Shown here piece after piece: positions 56,332 to 64,000 of a stretch of DNA of 64,000 nt. A model generated the notes under the pieces. That model saw only the letters and a list, made by a program, of their open reading frames with translations, was not told the DNA's origin and ran no database searches. The position numbers and the translations under genes are program-made. The number at the start of each line of letters is the position of its first letter. The stretch's first letter is position 1. The stretch comes from Anthoceros angustus (taxonomy: Eukaryota; Plantae; Anthocerotophyta), in the NCBI GenBank assembly GCA_010909165.1, contig MU008156.1, positions 806,001 to 870,000 of the forward strand, given 5' to 3'.

Positions 56332-58531
56332 TTATAGAGGTGGATGATTGTCTTCTAGAGCAAGCTCGGTCCGGCTGACGACACAGGTCTCTACCTGCTT
56401 GTAGCTGTACCTGCAAGCCAGGAACAGGAAGACGATGACATCCACAGTATCAGTGATGGCCAGGAACCAATAGAAGTTATCCAGGCGGGAGGCGTTGATG
56501 TTTGCCCCGACCCATGCGTGATTCCCGTTCCTCTCTGTGAAGTGGGATGTGAGAGAGATGAAGCCGGTGCTGAGAAAGTTCCCGGCTCCCATGGCTGACA
56601 AACTCATGGAAGCACCCACAGTCCCCATGTGATCTGGAGTCTGATCGTAGAAGAAGTCGGCTCCTGCCACCATGGCAAACACCTCCGAAACCCCCATGAT
56701 GAGGTATTGGGGAAGAAGTCGGAAGATGCTGAGAGGCAGCCTGGTGCGAGGGTGAGCTTCGAGGCCGTGGTCCCAGACATACCGCAGCCTGTGCCTCTCC
56801 GTGAGAGCTGCGCAGACCATGGAAAGGCAGGCGAACGTGTATCCTATTCCGAAACGCTGGAGGAGTGTGATCCCTCTGGGGTTGCCAGTGTATTTGCGGG
56901 CGAAGGGCACGAAGAATCTGTCGTAAAGGGGAAGGCCGATCATGACAGTGGCTTGGGAGAAGAACTGGAAGGAGGCTGGAGGGATGTGGAAGTGGGCGCC
57001 CAGCTTGTTGTTCATGGTGCTGCCTTGCTTGGTGAAGAGAGTGCTGAGCTGGGCGTAAGTTGCATAGTAGACGATCTGGGTCACCCAGAAAGGAAGTGAC
57101 CCGAGAAGCAGCTTCACTTCTTCCACTTGTGTCACAGTGCAGACCTTCCAGGCTTTGATTTTCTCGTCGGCCGTGCCCACAGTCGCCGCCTTGTCTAAGA
57201 ATCTGGAGGGTGAACACAGTCCAGATTTTGGTTTAGCCCTGGTGCAGCCGCAAGCTTGTAGAAGCTTGCACGTGGCTCGAAGTCAGGAACAGCATTTGTG
57301 CAACGGAGAGTTGGGACAGGCCAGGACTTACGTGAAGGAGTCGGTGTGCAACATTTGTCTTCTGTGGGGACTAAGATGCTTCCTGCCGGGCACTTCGTGC
57401 AGAAGCTGGGGGTCGTCCGGGATCGGGACCCTCCATTTCCGGAGTGCAGCAACCAGAACCTGGGCGACCTGGGTGAAGGGGCTGCCTTCCACCACCCGGT
57501 TCCTGTACCGGTAGGTTCCAGTGAAGAAGAAGGAGAGAGCAACAGCAAGGGCGAGTGTGGGGATGCCGTAGCCCCAGCCCCAGCTCACGAAATCCTGGAT
57601 GTATACCACCACTGTGACGGACAGCACGATGCCCGCTGCCAGCATTGTGAACCACCAGTTGAAGAATGAGTTTCTGAGCGGGACCTCCTTCGCGTCCTCC
57701 TGGTCGAATTGGGCGGCTCCCAGGGAAGAAATGGACGGCTTCATCATTCCCGCCCCCACAGCCATGACGTAGAGCGAGAGGAAGAAGAAGATGCGTCTCC
57801 TTCCGCCCATGGGCGTGCAGGGAATGGTGGAGTCGGCCAGGCAGGGGGGCCTCAACCAATCCACCGTCACGCTGCACACCAGCATGATATGCCCCTAAAG
57901 CCATGCCATGTCCACCACGGTAAGCTCGATCTGGCGGCTGGAGCCCTGGACATTGCAATGTGGTTGAGAATGTCAGTCACTTACGATGAGGTTGACGATA
58001 CCCAAGACTGCAATGGTGTTGTAGCGGCCCCAAAATGCGTCCGCCAGAAACGCCCCCGGAATTGAACAGAAGAAGACGCATCCCGCCCAATTGTTGACGT
58101 CCTTGGCAGCCGCCGCCAGGCCTGCTCCCAGCACTTCCGTCAAGTAAGTCACCAGATTAGAGGCAACGCCGTAGTAGCTCACCCTCTCTGTCAAGTCGTT
58201 CCCTGATCATGCAGCAACATAAAACCATCAGCAACATTCTTACTCCTAACTACAACAATGTTGTCTACACCTCTGTCGCGTTAAAGCTCGAAACTCGTGG
58301 CCCTCAATCTACAAGTCGTGAACTGCGATGGCTCCCACCCAGGATGAAGAAGCAAGCTTTCCAGCCTCCCGTGCTGGACTTCCTGGCAGGCCTGCCCCTG
58401 TAGTCTACAGAGCCATCCTGAGTGAAGTGTCCTTCAGAACCAAATTCCTCTCTCTGATGCAGGCCATAGCCATTGCGGCCCTCCACAAATTCTGACAACG
58501 GCTCCACAGTAGGAGGCTCAGCGCTCCCCAT
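56332..58531 (-). CDS. NPF: NRT1/PTR family (NPF) transporter, 4 exons, 614 aa
   Basis: Exons 58339-58531, 57985-58202, 57332-57894 and 56332-57202 are GT-AG and in frame (1845 nt). Motifs: QDGSVDYRGRP, TGGWKA, ERVSYYG, FFNWW, VTQVEEVK, RLDNFYW. Confidence 0.95.
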
Positions 58532-58867
58532 TGTCTCTTTCCAGCCTCGGCCAGGCCCAGAGAGAGCAAAGCATCTCTCCCTGAGCACGGCTATCAACAG
58601 ATCTTCATGTGGCCCAAAGCTTATCTAGATAGATCTCAGTGGCTGGAGTTGGCCTCCCTGACTTGCCCGTGCACTAGTACTATGGCCATCCTTTTCCTCT
58701 CTTTCATCATCTCTCCCTCATGCCCTTCCGCCATACCAGTGCACACTAGGCAGCAGAAATGTCTTGTATGTCCCTAGTGCTCCCATCAGATTCCCCGGTT
58801 AAAGATCTCCGTTACCCTCTTGTCGGACCTGTGGAATGGAACGTGGAAGTCCAAGCAAGTCGATCTG

Positions 58868-59085
58868 GCAAAGCTACCCGCTCTGGTCTCGCAGATTCGA
58901 CCAAAACTCTGGAGTATGTATGACACATTCAGTGGCAAACCTACCCGCCCTGGTCTTGCAGATTCGGGATTGACCAAAAATCTGGAGTATGACACACACT
59001 TCGTGGAAAACCTGTCCGCTCTTTCTCTTGCAGATTCGGGAACATTTGACCAGCAATCTGGAGTATGTATGACAACACATTGTAA
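58868..59085. repeat. Degenerate ~70-bp tandem repeat x3 upstream of the NPF gene
   Basis: Recurring cgctctggtctygcagattcg...gacca..atctggagtatg..acac units at ~58868, ~58936 and ~59006. Confidence 0.75.
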
Positions 59086-59172
59086 GACAGCACTACTTTA
59101 TTTTGATGCGAAGGTTCAGCACTGCGCACCAGACCTGAGAAAGAATAGAATACGCATTGTAGACGGGATGAT

Positions 59173-59282
59173 GCACAGCACAGCACAGCACAGCACAGCA
59201 CAGCACAGCACAGCACAGCACAGCACAGCACAGCACAGCACAGCACAGCACAGCACAGCACAGCACAGCACAGCACAGCACA
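59173..59282. repeat. Perfect pentanucleotide microsatellite (GCACA)22
   Basis: 110 bp uninterrupted. Confidence 0.98.
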
Positions 59283-59590
59283 GGAAGCGCATGTCAGCTG
59301 GCTATGAGTGGGAGCTTTGAGTGGGTTGTACCTCCTCTTCGCAGTAGGCTTGCATTTTCCGAGCTGCAGTCTTCACCAGCTGCGGTAGGCACGTTATACA
59401 TATGTGAGTTGTATGACCAACATACAAAGTGAGAGTCATGGCTGTAATTAATCAGCGGATCGTGTGCTCAAAGCGTTATGTACAAGAGCGTGCCTGGTTA
59501 AACGGTGAACGTAACCGCTCATGGATGTCTGGTTGGATCTAACCTAAACAGTAGGTGAAACTTGCCCTAAATTTGATGCTAGTTTAATAA

Positions 59591-60190
59591 CACTCCCACT
59601 TAATGACTCATGGGGCTATGGTCAAGGATTTCTCTAGGTTAATTAAGAAGTGTGCAAAAGCCTATCACAGCCACAGGAATTGGAGGGGCCTCCGTGGTGG
59701 CTTTCTTTCGCCAGCGGGTTTCTATAGCTCAGAGCCGCTAACGCCTGCCATGTGATCGCCACGCGCGCAGGAATAGCGGCTTCTTCGGCACCGGTGGTAG
59801 GTAGGCCCTTCATCATCCCTGATCACGATATCCTTGGTGCAGTAGGTAGTTACGGGAAAGGCATTCGAGGGGACTAGGACTTCCCTTTTTACTATTAGCC
59901 CTTTTTGGGTTGTTCCTTCTCGGTCTTCAGGGGTAGATGGGATTCTCCATCTCGCCTATTAATAACGTCTACTCTTCACACTTAGTGTCTAAATATTGGG
60001 CTTAAGTTTCTGCTTATAGTAAATATTATTAGCAATTTCTGAGACTCTTCTTAGTCCCATATTAGCCATGTGTTCTTGATGCTTGATGCAGCTGACCACC
60101 TTCGTGAGTATGTCAACTCTCATATATTCCGTTGGGCAATATAAAACACTAAACTTGCCGTCATTGACCACTTACCTTGTAAAGTGGAAT
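59591..60190 (-). mobile_element. Ty1/copia remnant: RNase H C-terminus (59989-60171) and a candidate PPT/3' LTR start
   Basis: VNDGKFSVLYCPTEYMRVDILTK...KHQEH...MGL matches the copia RNase H end. Minus-strand AGTGGGAG|TGTTATT at 59600-59586 resembles a polypurine tract followed by an LTR-initial TG; this part is weaker. Confidence 0.7.
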
Positions 60191-62494
60191 TGCAGTTCCA
60201 CATGCTTTGTCCAAGTGTGAAACTTCGGATTATATGTAAGCACGGCGGGTCTTGGCGGCCATCGTGGACGGCATGTTGTGGGGACTCTGCGGTACCGCAG
60301 AGAGGACACAAGACGTGGAGGCCACCTGAAGACGGATGGTGGAACTCCAGGGCCAGGCGGAGGCAGCCCAGGCAACCAGGCGGAAGACGGAATACTTGGC
60401 TCGAATTAAAGAGGAGAAACATCGGGCGGCGGAAAGGGAGGCGAGGTCCGCCCAACACTACTTGTTGCCGCTAGCTGCTCCAACTTGTTGTTGTGCCTCC
60501 AAGTAGGTATACATAGCTACTTGTATTCTTTCTAGCATCGATGTTGCCGGCCTAGTCGGCATCGCTAAAGCCTTCAAGTTGCAGAGCCTCATCTTGTTTG
60601 ATTTGTGACTAGTAGAGCAACCCTCGGTTCACAGCCGCTCTAAAGTATCTAAATATCTTCTTAACAACCTTCCAATGAGCTTGTGTATGAGCTGATAGAA
60701 ACTGTGATAAAGTTCTAACTGAAAAGGATAAATCTGGTCTAGTGCATACCATGAGGTACATAAGACTGCCTACGGCTGAAGGATAAGGAGGAGGATAGAT
60801 ATCTAAAGTTAGAGTATCATATTATTGATCTTCTCCCTTACTAAGCACAAGATTAAGTTCCATGGGTGTAGAGATTAGTAGGCTTAGCCCCTTGCATCTT
60901 GTACTTGGTCAAAACCCCTTGTATATACTTAGATTGATGAATAAGAAGGATCTGTAGGATTGTTGCCGCCTCATAATGGTCTTGCTGGGTTCAAGAATTT
61001 GGTGATTTTGGCAGGAAACTCACACTTTCAGCCTATCATGTTGTCTTCTCTTGCCCTATGTGCAATTCTCAGGATGAGTAGATGTAGGTGGAATAACGGT
61101 CACCGATTCAGTGCTGAAAAAATCTCACCTAACTAGCCAGGACATGCACCTACAGGCATATCGTGGACATAAGCTAGATAGCTAAGGAAGGGGACTTTGA
61201 GTTAACAGTGGTGCTCTCAAGATGTGCCATGAAGTATAACAACCATATGGTGATTCAGAAAGAGGACAACATATTTCTTAAAGCAATGGAGACGTTATAA
61301 CCTCGACATACAAGCTTCCAGAAGCAAGTGAATCTTCAAAAATGATCGTCAGGTTACAATGGCCTATTGCAAACACATCTTCACTTCAAGCCGTTCATGA
61401 ACGACGGAGGCCCTTGAATATTGCAGCTCATATGACTACAAGGCTAAAGCTGTAAAGTTGCGCTGTCGTCCATCAAGCATGATCATCATCCAATCTGGCT
61501 ATGCGCGGCACTTCATTTTCCATCTCTCAAAGGCTCAAAGGATCCTGGAGAAGCATAAAGGATCCTCCACATTGTCAATTTGTTACTATCAAGTTGGCGC
61601 TCACATGCTACTTCTCACAATTCTTACGCTATAGTATTGTACACTAGTGTCTCCTTGAAATTCGCCAGAAAGAAAGAAAGAAAAAAAGAACAGGATCCAT
61701 AGCTTGTTGAAGCTTGCAAACATGATAAACTCTACGTCAACTCTGCAGGCAGTAAAAGACCTCATGATGAGAGCTAGATGTATAATAGTGATGATGGTTA
61801 GAGGCCCTGGCAAACATTGCAACAATAGTACTGAACCAAGCAAGTGATGAGAAAGGCAACACAGGCAGAACTATGTGTTCTGCTGGCACCGCATTCAACA
61901 TGGCCACACTGGCTGCTTCCTGTGGTATGGGAAGGCTGGATTGGGTGATTGGCTGGTTGCACACAGGGCCTTTGGTAGTTTTGGGCACAGGGCAGCGTTG
62001 CATTGAGCATATGTTAGGAACCCATAATGATTCATCAACACATTAAACATTTAAGTTCGGACAAAAATCCTTACATACTGAGAAAAAATTCTAAATGATT
62101 TAAGTTACTTAAAATCTCTAAAAGTTTCTGCATATATGATGTATCTCATATGTGTTGTTGTATTAGATGTTACTATAACATATTAGAGTAAAAACTATAA
62201 AACATAATTAGAAATGTGTTAAATAGTTTAAATACCACATATATATAGAGATAGGTCATAATCCTTGAGACAATACTAAGTTCAAAGACTATATATGTAG
62301 GACATGGTTCAACATACTTGTCAAGACCTTATCAATACTTTGAGTAATACACTTATGCCTTACATACACTATTGCATAGTTACCTTGAGTGTGGTGTACA
62401 TGTACGTGTCTAGAGGCATTGAGCGTAAAAAATAGCTGTTATACTTCAATCCATAGCAAAGACAATTAGTCAAAGGTTCCTTTAGTCAGGAATT

Positions 62495-63433
62495 ATGTGT
62501 TATGTACAGGTGGAATGCGCAAGACAAGATGATGATAAATCTGCCACTGAGGAGAAGGAAATTAAAAGTTGTGGGTGTAGTAATTGTAAGGGTCTTATGT
62601 CAATTGATAAACAATTTTTTAACAGAAAACTTTCAAATGATGCTACTCCTTGGGAGATGAAAATTCCAAGTGAGGATGTTTGGGATTGGAGAAAAATGAA
62701 TGTTTTACCTCCTATTGATGACCAGTTTGAGTGCCAAATATGCTCCCTCTTTGTAGTCGTAACTGCTGTGTGCGCTGCGATTGCTATTAAATATGATACT
62801 CCGCCATCGCAACTTTCAGTGCAAGACTTTATCGACAATCGGCAGCCTCAAACCTTCTATTTATTAGGCAATATAATAGCACACCCCATGAAGTTGCGAA
62901 CAATTTTCAAGAGTTTGAGGCGATTAAATGGGCGGATGGAAGAAGTGAGTATGCCATGCATTTATGGTGCATTAAATCCTACACATGTATTTAAGTATGT
63001 GAAGGAAAATGGAGTAATTTTGGCAAAAGATTGTCCATGGCATCAGGGTTGGGGTGATCAGTGTCGGCGAAATCCTCCTTGCGACCGCAAATATGTCTTA
63101 CCCCATAAAATTGATTTCAAGATCTTTCGACACTTAAACATACAACTAATGAAGAAACTTGTAAGGAGCACACCGGTTGTGGTAGGTTTGAACATTGGAT
63201 ACGATACTACAGAGTTCGAATATCATCTTGACCACAAAGCTAGAAAACCTTATTCTGGCAAGTGGCAAAAGACACTATGGGGACATGCTGCATTAATAGT
63301 AGGATTTGAAAGCAATGTATGGATCGTACGTAACACGTGGGGCGAAATATGGGGTGATGATGGATATTTCAGGATTAGCTTCAATGACAACGCCTCTGGA
63401 ATATATAAAAAGGCATGGGTACCTCTCCTTTAG
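62495..63433 (+). CDS. Atypical papain-like (C1A) cysteine protease, single ORF, no signal peptide or I29 prodomain visible
   Basis: WDWRKMNVLPPIDDQFECQICSLF (Q19 and C25 equivalents), LSVQDFID, GHAALIVGF (His) and WIVRNTWGEIWGDDGYFRI (Asn). A possible splice acceptor tatgtacag| near 62509 makes the start uncertain. Confidence 0.82.
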   Translation: MCYVQVECARQDDDKSATEEKEIKSCGCSNCKGLMSIDKQFFNRKLSNDATPWEMKIPSEDVWDWRKMNVLPPIDDQFECQICSLFVVVTAVCAAIAIKYDTPPSQLSVQDFIDNRQPQTFYLLGNIIAHPMKLRTIFKSLRRLNGRMEEVSMPCIYGALNPTHVFKYVKENGVILAKDCPWHQGWGDQCRRNPPCDRKYVLPHKIDFKIFRHLNIQLMKKLVRSTPVVVGLNIGYDTTEFEYHLDHKARKPYSGKWQKTLWGHAALIVGFESNVWIVRNTWGEIWGDDGYFRISFNDNASGIYKKAWVPLL

Positions 63434-63730
63434 TTTAATCTATGTATGTGTAGATATAATAAATTAATTAATATACATATAATTTTAAAACCTTCAAGGC
63501 CTATTCACAAGATGAACTTGCTGTTATAATATAGGATCGTACGTTACGTAATCGCGCCTCAACCTAAGCTGTAATTAAATGAAAAAAGAATTAAGTGGGA
63601 TTTAAGGTTTTTATAATCTAGTGGCCGTGATAAACCAAAAAAAGGAGCTCTTATACAGGGCCCTCGTAATTTGCGAAAAAGAAAACGAGCCCAGTTATAT
63701 GATAGTATGGGGGTAAAATTTACAATAACC

Positions 63731-63866
63731 TAAAACTCTTAACCAACCTGCGACTAACATCCTTGTTCAATACCTAAAACCTGTTATCGAACCTGCTGTA
63801 ACATCTTTGTTCAGCAACTAAAACCTGTTAACCAACCTGCTGCTAACATCCTTGTTCACCAATACC
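63731..63866. repeat. Degenerate ~44-bp tandem repeat x3
   Basis: taaaacctgttaaccaacctgctgctaacatccttgttca-like units at 63731, 63775 and 63819. Confidence 0.8.
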
Positions 63867-63968
63867 TACTGCTAACTGCTGCTTGAGAAAAATTAAACGA
63901 ACTGCTATTTGAGAATTCCTAGGGCCTTATTGTCATGCCATCACTGACTGTTCCAGGGACAGACTTTG

Positions 63969-63999
63969 GAAGAAGAAGAAGAAGAAGAATTTTATTTAA
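63969..63999 (-). repeat. (GAA)7 followed by TTTATTTAAG; a second candidate AATAAA + (TTC)n retroelement tail at the window edge
   Basis: The minus strand reads CTTAAATAAA(TTC)7, nearly the same as the end at 53504-53529. Confidence 0.45.
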
Positions 64000-64000
64000 G

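Noticed and set aside
56477-58065. Long alternative-frame and antisense ORFs over the NPF gene
   Set aside because: Expected in GC-rich coding DNA and fully explained by the NPF exons.
58941-59320. ORFs with (STAQH)n and (CCAVL)n repeats
   Set aside because: These are translations of the (GCACA)22 microsatellite.
60184-60474. WRPPEDGWW motif resembling the start of a LINE RNase H (W.PP..GW.KLN.DG)
   Set aside because: The following KLNxDG and catalytic residues are absent; too weak to call.
61195-61225. ttaaca-gtggtgctc resembling an LTR end plus primer-binding site
   Set aside because: It does not match the tRNA-iMet PBS (TGGTATCAGAGC), and I found no paired LTR or gag ORF.

Overview
Land-plant nuclear DNA in two parts; the very short introns suggest a compact-genome non-seed plant such as a hornwort or lycophyte (inference). 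Part 1 (1-42215) is a head-to-tail tandem array of about 7 units of 4.7-7.7 kb. Each unit is a near-constant ~1.07-kb AT-rich spacer plus one long, apparently intronless + strand gene that is shredded by indels as assembled. Read through the indels, the gene encodes a variable-length Glu/Thr/Val-rich repeat region, then a coiled-coil core whose motifs match the proton pump-interactor (PPI) family, then Pro/Ser/Thr/Lys-rich repeats and a C-terminal transmembrane tail anchor. The indels cluster at CG/CHG sites and homopolymers, so many are probably long-read consensus errors in a methylated array. Part 2 (42216-end) is clean, gene-dense DNA: Ty1/copia remnants, a PP2-A10-like gene, a 22-exon plastidial phosphoglucomutase, RPS29, a mosaic of gene and TE fragments (gypsy integrase, a copy of NPF exon 2, a RecQ exon), a 4-exon NPF/PTR transporter with altered signature motifs, a (GCACA)22 microsatellite and an atypical intronless papain-like protease. 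Family assignments come from recalled motifs; no database search was run.
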